A stretch of DNA of 64,000 bases from Hydrolagus colliei (lineage: Eukaryota). Both the position numbers and the translations under genes were made by a program. The stretch covers positions 5,580,001-5,644,000 of the forward strand of contig CM068756.1 in the NCBI GenBank assembly GCA_035084275.1, in the 5' to 3' direction. The notes under the pieces are model-generated. The model saw only the letters and a list, made by a program, of their open reading frames with translations. It did not search any database and was not told where the DNA came from. Every line of letters begins with the position of its first letter. The first letter of the stretch is position 1. Positions 25,302 to 37,904 of this stretch are shown here, one piece after another.

Positions 25302-25556
25302 AGGGCAAAACCTTGGGCTAGTTTCCTTACTCCACATGCCTAATAATAATCCGTCCAAAAATAACTTATAAATTGGTCATTTCAATCCACGACTGTTTGT
25401 GGGACAGTGCTATGAACAAATGGCTGCCGCATTTTGCCCACAAATATAGTCAATTGACTTTACAGTATATTCTATGAAGTGCTTTGAGATGCCTAGAAGA
25501 CATGAAAAGCGCTGTATCGAAATGCTAGGATTATTATTATTATTGTTGTTGTTATT
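25302..25556 (+). mobile_element. Deu-type SINE lacking most of the tRNA head
   Basis: agggcaaaaccttgggctagtttccttactccac through the (ATT)n(GTT)n tail. Confidence 0.92.
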
Positions 25557-27017
25557 CTGCTGGCTCAAGTAAGGCAGAATACCATTCTTTTTGATAATCT
25601 GGAATTTTGGAAATGATGCACAGTTGCTGAATTTCTGCTGGAAAACAATTACTGGGGTGTTTGTTAATTTATTTAGCAGCAAATGTGATTTTATCCAGTT
25701 CATAAATTTCTTCCATGTGGAAAACTCATTAATTTTCTAAACGTTTTAATATTTGTTGTTATTTCCAGAACGGAAAATGCATTGGGAATATTATTCATTT
25801 CCATTAGTTTTACTGCACATTCATATCGGGTTATCTGAATTAGTTCTTACGGTGTTTTCCAGTCGCACAAAGAGTGACACTTTTGTCAGTCTTGATTATG
25901 AATTTCAAGGTCAGTTCTCAAACAGGGGTTACAAGTTCAAGCCTCAGGGCTGTCTGTCACTTAAACATACCTGCCTCAATGGTGAATTTGCTGAATTCGT
26001 AGCTGAACTGCTTTTGATGGTGACACAGTTCACTATGGAGAGACAAGCTTGCCATTGTCTGACTGGGCTCCAAGGAAACATTTATGACGGCTGTGGATAT
26101 GTTTGTGTCCCAGACCATCATCTGCCTTTTTGAAAGAGTGTATAGAGTGGCGAGCAACATGTGAAGAAAACTATAGGTTTTTAAAAATCAATAAAGTTTA
26201 CATTCCTAAGAAATTTGCTAAGAGTCCATACAAAACTGTAAAGAAACAATTTGTTGACATACACATTAAAGCATAAAAATATCTTCAGATGCATTGGAAA
26301 CATGATAAATAAACTGTGGGTGTATAATACATATTTTAGTATTTGTACATTCAACCTATAAAGTGCAAAAGCAACGCTGTCACTTTAATGGCTATTAAAG
26401 TTGACACTTAGAAAATGTGTACTCTGACAGATTAGGGTTATATGAGGAGTTGAAAAACCTCTTTACGAGTAATTTGCAGCTTACATTTTTTGGTAAAGAA
26501 TCAAATCCATCTCTCTACCTTCTCTCAGTCACCTGCTTTTGCCGGTTCACCCACATCCTACAGCTGAGAGGCTCGTGGGGTGACCTGTTCTCCAGCCTGT
26601 TCTCCCACAAATGCGCTATGAACCAGCCAGCCAGCCAGCCGCTGTGAGGCATGTGGTCGTAGCCTAAGGACAAATCTCTCTGAGTTTCTCATCCTCCTGT
26701 CTCTCTGTGGGGAAGACTGTGGTGATGCTGTTCAATGTAATACAATTATTACTTCTGCTACTCATTGATCTGCTATTTCATCGGGGTGGGGGTTTGGCGA
26801 TGGGAAACAGTGGCAGTCTTAAAAATCATGAGTCTTTTCATTTAAACTCTAATACTTTGGAAGCAGTTGCCTTTTTGACAAACTATATGTTAATCATTCA
26901 AGCAGTGAAGTACAGTACATTTATTTATATACTCTGTATAGAAAAATAAAGAGATGCATATTCAAATGATGTTAAAAGAAAGCAAATGAAACACTACACG
27001 TATTGCTACAACTTGGG

Positions 27018-27078
27018 ACAACAACAACTTGCATTAATATTGCGCCCTGCACAAAGAGGAGTGTCGCCGAGCACTTGA
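27018..27078 (-). mobile_element. L2-clade/SINE 3' tail stub
   Basis: caacaacaacttgcattaatattgcgccc. Confidence 0.6.
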
Positions 27079-29241
27079 CAAGGAAGAGTTGCTAAGGTCT
27101 AATGTGAGGTGGAGTAGTTGAGTGGAAACCATCAGTCACACTTTACTTGGAGACAGACGTGTACAAGAACCTGGTTACAAATGTTAACCAAGACCTGGGA
27201 ATTTGAAGCCCAGAGTCCCAGTCTGTATGGCACAGCACACAAATGGTTTTATTCCCTGGTTCACTTAATAACCTGCGCTGAAATTTACACAAAATTGAGC
27301 ATCATAATCATATAATTTTGTTGCACAGGCACAGACCAATGTTGAAAGTTCCAGTTGGAATCAAGCTCAACGATTAACCAGAGAACCAAGCACTAACCAG
27401 ACATGCGCCTTGGCCTTGCCTCTTAGTGTAAATTTGAGTTGAGTGAATAAAAATAGATGGAAAATGAATCCCTCCCCACTTTACTGCCGAGTGTACCCCT
27501 GAGTCAATACAGGTCCAGTATTAATTGTACATTAGTGATTTTGATAATGAAAATCAATGGGGGCAGATACAATTACTTTTCTATTTTAATATCTTTCAGC
27601 AAGTATAGGCTGCGACAAGAAAAGCCAACCAATGTCACATAACCTGAAGTGGCAGCAGAACGAATAAACCCCAAGTAGGATACAAAACTGGGATTTTGTG
27701 ATTTACTGAAAAGTGAACCGGAAAGTGACAATGGGGCTATTCTGTTATGTTCACTAACATTAGTGAGCAGTTATATTGGAGTAAATGGGTGCACAGAACA
27801 GATCGTTCCCGGTAATGAATTTGTACCGAGAATGACCTATTCTGCTCAGTGTCAGAAAGTGCCGTTAAACAGTGCAGTAAATATAATTAAAATAGGCAAT
27901 TGAGCTTGTTAATGCCTTTTAAAAGGCCATGAGTGACTGATGCTAGCATTTCTGCTCATGTGGGAAGCCATCTTTAATGGTGGGTTAATTTCTTCAGTCT
28001 GACCTGTCACTGCTGTGCCTGACTATTGTATAATCTAGAGTATTCACTGGTGGGCAGATGATTGCAGTGCAGGAGTTTCCACAGGAATGAATCTGGACAC
28101 TCAGTTGTGATACAGGTGGAAATTTGAGGACAATTAAAAGGAATTTAAAACATGATGACTTCAAATGGGAATTCATAATCAGGAATGACATGAAAGGAAT
28201 TGCAGGAACTCTGCTCCTCGATTTACATTCTCAGCGTGAATGGTTATGGAAACAAAATTTCACTCGGATCCCTTCTAAAGGACTTGTTGCATTTCAGACA
28301 TCATGTAACATGTTCTCTGTATACAGTATACAGTTGATAAATGCTAGATGCCAAGCCATATTTTCACAATGAAAAACTGCGCAGAATACATATTAGAAAT
28401 GGACTTGAAAGTTGTTCCTTCTATACAAGAAATAGTTCTTCATCTGATCACCCAGTTTTGTGGGTACAGTATTTGCTTGAATCTGGTTGCGGCTGCATAA
28501 CAGAGAGAAGAGTTGACATTGAGCTGCACTATAATGTGGAAGCCATCCATCCAAGTTGCTTAGGGATCTCTGAGCATAGAGCAGTGCACATGCATCGGGG
28601 TTTGGAAACCTTCCGAAATTAATGCCTCTGAGGTTCGACCTAGAGACTCAAATCAGAACCTTATAGAGTTCCTGATTTCAGATCTCAACATGTTCACTAC
28701 ACTAGAATGGGAGAGTTCTTGCACACCATGTTTGCTGATGCTACTAAATATAGAAACTAATACACGTGTTGATAAAAAGAATAAAATATGTAAAGAAACA
28801 TTTCAAACACGCTATTTATAAATCACCCCGCTAATATAATTGTACTTAGTTATCTGTTTCCAAACTGTAATCGACTCAAATTTAAATAGAGCAATTCATT
28901 GACTTGAAATCAGCTGGAATGGGTTTGTACCCCATGCACATGTCATTATCACCCAGTTCATTGTATTTGAGTTTCTGAGTCAACAAATGTCTACAAGACT
29001 ATTTGTTTTTTTTAAAAAGAAAAAACATTGCGATAGAACTACAGTTTATATTCAGTATTTCTACCACCCTCAAGTAGAAAACATGTGAACATTTGTGAAC
29101 ACTTTTCAGGAAAATCGTTAATAAATTGTGTCAAGCACTTGAATATCTTGGTTTACATTATTCCTCTATTGTCATTTACACTGAACATAGCATGGATGGT
29201 GAGGTGATGATTTTAGTCATGTGTTGACTATACATATAGTA

Positions 29242-29305
29242 TATGCTGCACGTGCTCCTGATTGAAAGGCACTCTATAAATGTAATTTGGTTGATGTTGT
29301 TGTTG
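29242..29305 (+). mobile_element. L2-clade 3' tail stub
   Basis: ctcctgattgaaaggcactctataaatgtaatttggttgatgttgttgt. Confidence 0.7.
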
Positions 29306-32300
29306 TATAGCCAGTACTGACTGTGGCGGAAACATAACATATGCAAGAGTCTTCACATGTGTTGAGTTGCAATATAACCTATGTGTTTTGTGCCATTCAC
29401 TCTTAATAACCATGTTGTGGTTTCACCAGCTGGATCTACATTGGTACCTGTACTTGCATGTTGTGTGTACATCATATCAACTGTGTTGTACCTGCTGCAC
29501 TCAATGTTCCTATTCTTAACAGTTTTGTTTGGCGTACCAACTGTTGTGCTGGAGATTAATGTGTTATATTCTCTGAGGGAAATCCCACCTTCATTATACA
29601 GTATTGCAAGTTATCACCCAATAATGCATCACAGAATGTAATGCATTTTGCAAAACAGCAGAATTGTAACTAATTTTGTTGCATTTTATTTGACCTAAAA
29701 TCAATTATTTTGACTACAATTGTGCATGATTGCCTATGTGGTTTACCTTTCTAAAAAGGTGGATGGCAGAATGAAGCCCCTTGAGGTGGCTTCCTTCTGA
29801 CATGAGGTCTGAATGGACAACTCAGTTTCAGCATAGCTTAAGATAAAATGAACCAAAATGGAATCCACTGTATCCCCTTCTTTGTAATGTACAAAAATCA
29901 AGCTGTAACATTTGTACACCATATTGTTTATTGCTGCTTTTAATTCCCAATGGGTTCGCAGTTTGTGTGTGATAAAAATCAAACCCCCCAAAATTACTAC
30001 TACTGTATCTAGATTTTCTATCAATTAAAAAACATTCTTATGGTTTTGTCCTGAGTAAATATCACCTCGAATAAATGGCCTAATAAATACATGGACAATA
30101 ATAGATACATAGGAATGATCACCAGATAGTTGTCTTGCGGGAGCAAACCTCAAGAGGTTAATGTGCAGTAGTGGAACCCAGAGATGAGATTATTGGTTGG
30201 AAATCATTACTATCCAGTCATTATTTAAAAAAATTAAATTTGGCAAAACAAAGTTGGTGAAGGTAGTTTAGTTTTCTTTTGTTAGCCGCAGATATTGACA
30301 ATCAGGACACTCCGTGCAGTTGATGCATGATGACAGCCTCAATGAAGGATTAACAATAGTATTTATACTTGATTGCTAAATAAAGCAGCACGCACCCCAC
30401 TACATTTAACTACAAAACTTACATTTCATTGGCATTGCCTAATGCCTGTTGTTCATCTCTAAAATGTCACAGAGATGAACACTGCCAATCCAGATCAATT
30501 CACTACCAGATTTGAGTCAAGTTTTAATAAAACTATAGAAACTCTAAATCCGTAAACTAAAGCACATTAATGTTTCTATCGGCAGATGCTCAGGTGTCTA
30601 TACTGTAACCATACTCTGAGGGGATCTGTAAATATTTAGAATTTGCTGCCTAAAATACTTATGTCAAAAATAACTTCTTGTTTTGACTTCTCTTCTGCAC
30701 ATCATCAAATCGCTTTGTTTCATGGCTGATCTTGCTATGTTTCCCACATTTTCGTCCTTTACAGCCTTTGCTAATTACTGTTGAAACCCAAACATGATTG
30801 TGAATGATAGTGATTGGGAATGATATTTCCCTACGTAACACTGTTACATGTGGAAATGACTGAGACCATTTGAAGTGTTTTCAATGGTTGTCGCCCCACC
30901 CCATCCCATTGCCCCCATTAGACCACCTCATTGTACAGGCCAAGAATTAAATGTAGGATAATCTGGCCAGGTATGAGTTTCTCTCCAGGCAAAGCATTCA
31001 ATAACTGGGTTGGCATTGCATTTTCGATTCATGTAGCAAATGTATCACTTTACATTTCTTTACAACAGAAATGTTCTTATTGTTCAATGATTGAATTTTG
31101 GAAATTAAACAACCTGCTTTTTCAAAGCCTACATAGAAAGCATCAAACAGAATTTCCATCTGGAATAGAATTTCTCAATTTTACATGATCTGATTATGGC
31201 ATGTTTTGCTTCAAAATGGATATTGAACTGTGGTAGAATGTGTATGAGACTTGTTTAAATACAGGATTTGCATTCGAAGACTGCATTGTACAATTGACAA
31301 ATTAATGAATAACTGTAGAGTTTGACAAAGTTTGATATTCCCAGTACCGCAGTCATGTGCTTGATTGAATTAATTTAGTGTATATACAGTTATGTAGTGG
31401 TTGTTTTCCTTAAAGCTGTGTGGTAATGTTATTATGCCACACAGATTTTTAAAGTGAGTTGTTGCAGTTTACAAAGAGGTTAGCCGTCAATTTGAAAAAC
31501 AAAAATTTGAAATAATATTGTGATGGAGTCAACTTAAATATGTGAGATGCTTTTTTTGTTTTGAGAAATCTATGGAAAATTATTTCTCTACCCAGTGCAA
31601 ATCCCTGCACAGCAGAAATGTCTCACTGGTTGGCAAGCAACAAGGAGCAAAACTTTACCTTTTTATTTATTCCTTTCTATTAGACAAACATTGTGGGAGG
31701 TTTGGGTTGTTCAGTAAGTTTCTCAACACCATTCGTTTTAATGAATGTTCTCATTAATAGGGATTCCCCATAAAATTTCATCCTTTGTTACCATTACTGT
31801 GTCAGTTATTATTTATAAGCAAGCAGGCATTCAAGTAATCAAAGTGCAGGAGGACATATTGAATAATGCTACTATATTTACTAACACTAGAACCCAATCT
31901 GTTGCTTCTCGCTACAGATTTGTTAATCCTCATAGTCATGGCCCAACATGTTTCATTTTCAGGTCACGCAAGAACATTTTCAGTAGTATTTTATGACAAG
32001 GCTCAAGGGTAAAGATTGATTACAGTTACATAAAAGTACATTGTTCTAATGTCATCATCTTGAATAATGACAGTCGCACTTCCACACAATACAGATAGCA
32101 TTGTTTCCCCGTGTAACTTACATGAATTGTCAAGAAAAATTAGCACAATTAACTTGCCCTGAGGTGTTTTGTAGGGTTGAGAATTTGTCACATTGCAATG
32201 CATTCGTGTTGTGATACAGAAGAATAGACTGTGATTGACGCTTTGGTTGGCTTTTCTCCAAAATGGTTCGAAAGACATCATGTCTGTTTCCAGCAAACAC

Positions 32301-35018
32301 CACTGCACGCAATAAGAGAGGAGCTTATAAACTTTGGGTCAGTTGAGATTGCATTTTAAAAGGACGCAGAAATTTTGAAAACGGGAACAATTGTTTTTGC
32401 AGATTGCTTATTTATTGTGTGCCAAAATGATGGTCTTGTATTCTGTATGTAATTTAAAACTCAATCTCCCCATTGAAATTCTAAAATAATTTGCCTTGGT
32501 GAATATCTCATATGAATATGCAATCCTGAATAATTCCACGGATTTCTTATTTTTCTTGTCTAAAGCAACTCATTTCTACTTTACAATTTCTCTTTAGAAC
32601 TTGCTTTGCCTTGGTTATGTTGATCACAGGTGGCATTCATATGGTGTGTGTTTAGATTTTGACTTTTCTTCCCTTTAAATGAAGGATAACATGCAGAATT
32701 CTTGATCATTCTGTGATTTTCTTTTCTCGGTTGTACTAACTTTTGATCATTAAATCTGAGTTATCAGCTAGGTCAGAAGCAAAAAAAAACAGCACAGTTA
32801 ATAATTTTAGATTGAGTTCGTTTTTCTTATTGAGTACTGCAATAAACCTTAAATATCCCAGGTGCTGGGTAAAAGAAGAAATGTAGAAACTAGGTATCAT
32901 AAAATCTGGTATGCCTATACAGAGTTTATGAGATATTCCTTTATGATTAGGTTATGTCTTTCATGAAATACTCTTATACAGTGATCTGAAACCAAGGACT
33001 GGCATAGGTGAATTTGAAGCAGGAAAGTAGTAGTTATCTCATTTTAGACCCAAATATATCATGTTCATGTTCAAAACAACCATCAAATATACCAGCTTGT
33101 GAATATACAGTATGAAATCAGATTGTAGCCCTGTACTAAATTGAAAAATCAGAAATTATCGAATTTAAAGTTAGAATCATATTCTTTGCATGAACTGTGC
33201 TTTATTATTTGAATAGTACATTATTTTGGCCTTGCTAAGAATGATACTATAAGTGCAATTCAAAAACATCTTGTTCAATTTACAATATAAATAGTCCACG
33301 GTATTGTATAGCTTTCCTGTTAATGGGAAAAAAGCGATGAACAATTTTTGATTTTTATGCCATTACAAAAAATTACATTCCTTGTGTTTTTGTTAACTGC
33401 GACAAAAACATATTTTACAGAACAGAATTGTCCAATGCTTCATTTAAAATTATGTTAATGAAGAATCAATTGAACACATGCAGGCATAATTAATGCATAC
33501 CAAGCTTTATTGAAATGGAATGAAATAACATTGGCATACTAGATGTTACATTGTCCACAGAAAGCTACAGCTGGAGATACCCATTCTCACAACTGATACA
33601 GTCCATGCAAGCTATATAAAAATCAAACCTATCCAAGATAACAAAGGCTAGTTCGGACCTGTTATTTAAGTGAACTATTATAGCTTAGCATGTCACAGGT
33701 CACCTGCTATAATCAGTTAAGGCTTAAGAATACTCACTGTGAATCATGTATGATGGCTTGAGTGACAGGCCACCAAATAATATCTATATCATTGTTAGTT
33801 TGACTAGCAAAGTCTCACAGCATACACCTTGATTAAGTGGAACAAACAGCTTGCTAATAAACGTTTGAGCCTTCATGAAAGGCTGAAACTGATGTGTGAT
33901 TCCAGGGAGTACAACTAATTTAAAAACAGAGGCTAAAAATAAGATTTAGATGCAATTACCAACAAACTGAATAGTACTCAATTATTTTACAGATTAAAAA
34001 CGGTCGTATATTTCAGAATAATGAGTATAAAAAGACAGAATCCACTGTTGAAATCTTAAATCATCTGTTATTTTGCTGCAGATACTGAAATCTGTATACA
34101 ACATTTTGAAATGCCATGTTGCACAATACATTACAGAAAAGGATTGGTAGTTTCAAGTGATTTTAAATGCTAAGAGTGCATAATGTATTTTGTACATGTG
34201 TCAAGCAGATAGGAGGGAGAAAAAGAGGAAATTACACTTTCTGCATCTGTAGATACTGTCAACTGGAGAAAGTCTTGATTCACATGCTATGTTGTTACCT
34301 CGAATACAGTTGGAGTTTATTCGATGTTATTACCTTTATCAAAAATGTACACCTAGAACGCTCAGAATTAGGAAAGCAGATTATGATTCTCTAAAGAAAT
34401 GTACCCACCATTCCAGACAAGAACAATTTCAATGTGTAAGTGACATGCTTATGCAGAACTCCTGCAGAACAATGGTTTGACTATTGAACATGGCAATGTG
34501 TTTTCTGCATCGGCTGAACACAAAAATAGGATTTTTGGTACCCTGGTCCCTTGTTCTAAAAGTCTTTCTAACTGATAATACATTGGCGGAGTCTTTCAGC
34601 TTCTCAATTACTACAAGCAACATTCCAGGTTCTTTTACACCTTCTGAACAGATTTATCTTTCTAATCTATGGTGACTTGCAATGCTTCAGTGAGTCCTTG
34701 CTGTTCAAAATTAGCCATTTTCAACTGGTTCATTTCTGCTTGTAAATATTATTATAATATTTCTTCTCAGGCTCCTTTGCTTGTTCCTTTATATGCTCTT
34801 TCAATTTAATTAGACAGTCTAATTTTACCAGATTACTTTGCATTTCCAGAATTTGTATTCAATATGCATTGAGATTCTTCTGGTTTTATTCCATTGTGTT
34901 GATTTCTTGGTGCAGATTCTCTATTGGTTCGAGTGATGGATTTATGCCCTAGTTATGAGGCACATTTTACATTGTCTTGACGAGATGTAGAATATCTATA
35001 ATCCTTGTATTGAATAAA

Positions 35019-35213
35019 AATAATAATAAGCCTCCCATTTGATATAGCATCTTATCACATCTTTTAGAGTCTCTAAGTACTTTACAGGATATACTATAAA
35101 GTAGATTGACTGTGTATTTTGTGGGTAAAAACAGTTTGTAATGCCAATTTGGGTCACAAATTTGCACACAGCAATGTCCCATAAACAGCCATGGAGTCAC
35201 TGACCAATTTTAT
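35019..35213 (-). mobile_element. 3' two-thirds of Deu-type SINE
   Basis: Family tail and aatttgcacacagcaatgtccca core (rc). Confidence 0.85.
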
Positions 35214-35279
35214 TTAACGTGAACATTATTTATTATTATTATTTAACATCATTTATTGATGGGTTTAATGTCTACGAAG

Positions 35280-35410
35280 CATGGCACCTGCAAAAATGCA
35301 ACTCCCACCATGGAGTTTCAGCTGAGAGTAGACTCTGTGATTTCAAATGCAAAGGTGGGGCTTGGATGTCAACCTTCTGACTCAGATGGGAGAGTGCAGC
35401 CATTGATGCA
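35280..35410 (-). mobile_element. Older SacSINE1-like SINE head fragment
   Basis: rc GCACTCTCCCATCTGAGTCAGAAGGTTGACATCCAAGCCCCAC matches the head at 51095. Confidence 0.6.
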
Positions 35411-36355
35411 GCTCTAATAAATCAATTGAGGAACAGGTATCAGCCCATGTAGGAGTCCAATCTCCCAATAATTAATTTTCCATTGGGTACCAGTTAGTCC
35501 GCAGTAGAATTCAGATCCAATTTTTAAACCTAAAAATCATATTACAGTACTTTTACATGTTCTTTGGGGCTCTGCTGGACCAGCTACTAGAAAATAAAAT
35601 AAAGTAAAATAAGGTTAGAAATTAAGCAGCTTAGTTAGCTTAGTTGCACGTGTTACATCCCCTCGAACATCCAGAGTGATTTTGAGCTGACTGTATAATT
35701 GTGATACTTTGGCTCCAAATTGTTTTGCTAAATGCACCGCACCAAACTGGAACCTGCAGTTTAATTGGGGCGTTAATGATATAGTGTTTTGAAGGAAAAC
35801 AGTGAGAGTAAATAAATCCTAAAACAATACACAACAAAGTGGGACATCTGGAAATTAATAATCATTTATAACATTGGTCCAGATTTGCAATAGAACAATA
35901 CAAATTTGGTCTGATTTGTTACAGTGCATACTCTATTTAGCTAATTGTGATTCTGCAAACCTCTATACCAATGCAAGGAACTCTGTATAAGCTAGTGTGG
36001 TACAGTAATTTAAGCCTGTCTGCCAAGGGTACGAGATCATAAGGAGGACTCAAGTATTTTACCTCTGCATTATGACACAAGTCTGAAACATTCACATAGT
36101 ACCTTTCTGGCCTTAGGCCATATATTTACAGTATATTCTCTGTTAGTAAATGTACAGCAGTTTCTTATTCAGAGAAAACTAATGGTGTTTGGTTTCTTTC
36201 CCAATTCTTTCTACAATCTTTATAGTTATTAAACAACATGAGTTTCAAAAAGGTTAAGGTATCTATCTGATTCCTTTATAATTTTTTTTCTTTCTCCTGT
36301 GAATTTTACTGAGGCAGCACCTTCCTCAGCCCTGTTTCTTCGTCATTCTTTTGTC

Positions 36356-36487
36356 NNNNNNNNNNNNNNNNNNNNNNNNNNNNNNNNNNNNNNNNNNNNN
36401 NNNNNNNNNNNNNNNNNNNNNNNNNNNNNNNNNNNNNNNNNNNNNNNNNNNNNNNNNNNNNNNNNNNNNNNNNNNNNNNNNNNNNNN
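36356..36487. other. Assembly gap (132 N)
   Basis: Run of N; ORFs spanning it are artefacts. Confidence 1.
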
Positions 36488-37065
36488 AGATTTAAGGGGA
36501 GGTGGAAAATAGCAGTAAATAGCATGAAAAGCACAATGCTGGGTGCAAAAAGAGTGTGAATGTTACCACTAATATTGTAAAAACAGCATATGTTCATGTC
36601 TAGAGTTTGAATTTATTGAATTAGTGTAGAGTATCATGGTTGTTAACATTATCAGCCAAACAATATGAAACAGGATTTTGGCATTAAACAGCATTACTGC
36701 CTCAGATAATGCATTTCTAAACTACGTGCATTTTGTCAAAAAGGTTTCCTAATTCAAAACAGCAATTGCATGTCTTGGAATCACTGGTGTTCTTCGTGTA
36801 ACAAACAGCCTGTTCGAGGATGAGGATAATGCCTTTGGTCCAATCCAGGGCTTCCAGTGTAGAATTGGTGCTTCTTATTTTGGTAAAATGGTCCCAGGTC
36901 TTAAGATTGTTTTGTTGAGTTGATTATTATTTACTTGAGATCTCAGGAGTGAACTGATATTTGGTTTTTTTTTGCGGTATTTGCGGTATTTCTAAAAGGG
37001 AACTCAGCACTGGAAGCAGATTGTGTCAGAGCCAAATTCCCACGTGAAGGAATGCCACACACATC

Positions 37066-37128
37066 AATAACAACAACAACTTGTATTTATATAGCGCCCT
37101 TCATGTAGGGTAGCGTCCCGGAAAGCTT
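37066..37128 (-). mobile_element. L2-clade/SINE 3' tail stub
   Basis: caacaacaacttgtatttatatagcgcccttcatgtagg. Confidence 0.7.
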
Positions 37129-37230
37129 AAGATTCTGGTTAACGGAAGGCACTGCTTTTGTGCAACATGGATTCCTTATTAAGGAATCCTATTAAGAAAT
37201 ACAGAAAACTAGACCTGTATAACAATTCAA

Positions 37231-37330
37231 TTTTGCCCACAAATATATAGTCAATTCACTTTACAGTATATTCTATGAAGCGCTTTGGGACATCGATAAG
37301 ATGTGAAAGGCAATATCAAATGCAAGGATT
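37231..37330 (+). mobile_element. 3' tail of Deu-type SINE
   Basis: ttttgcccacaaatatatagtcaattcactttacag...aaatgcaaggatt. Confidence 0.87.
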
Positions 37331-37842
37331 AAAGTCGTTTTGGGAGACTGCCAGTCACTATATGACATGCAATTGCTTGCATTTCTATATGTACACTTGT
37401 ACATTGGGTGGTGATTGTGTTTGTGTCATATAGGCCTATGAATATAAAACAATAATGCAGTCTACTCGTTTTAAATAAAATTTTGCAAAAGTAAAAATTC
37501 CACCTCTTCAATATATTTCTATTTCCACGATGTTAATAACAAATATAATGTTACTACAGTACAATATTAGGTTTGGAGCTTCACCCCAGTTCTTAGCATT
37601 GAGAATATTTATCCATTAACTATCCATTTGTCTGTCAGTTTCCTTGATGATCACTTTTAATAATTCTTAATATTATTATCCAAATCATGTAAGTGAGGCC
37701 AATCTTTACATCCATTGTAAACGCTGTACAGTACAAAGTTTGTCTAAAGTTTTGTATTACAATATTATAGTACTTTGTGTGAATTCCTTTTAGTTTCATA
37801 CAAAATTGCAGAAAATATCATGAACCAGATCACACTCATTAT

Positions 37843-37904
37843 TACCTTGGGATGTCCTCCTGACGTGAAAGGCGCTATACAAGTATAATTTGGTTGTTGT
37901 TGTT
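37843..37904 (+). mobile_element. L2-clade 3' tail stub
   Basis: accttgggatgtcctcctgacgtgaaaggcgctatacaagtataatttggttgttgttgtt. Confidence 0.75.

Noticed and set aside
36299-36597. ORFs spanning the N run
   Set aside because: Artefacts of the assembly gap.
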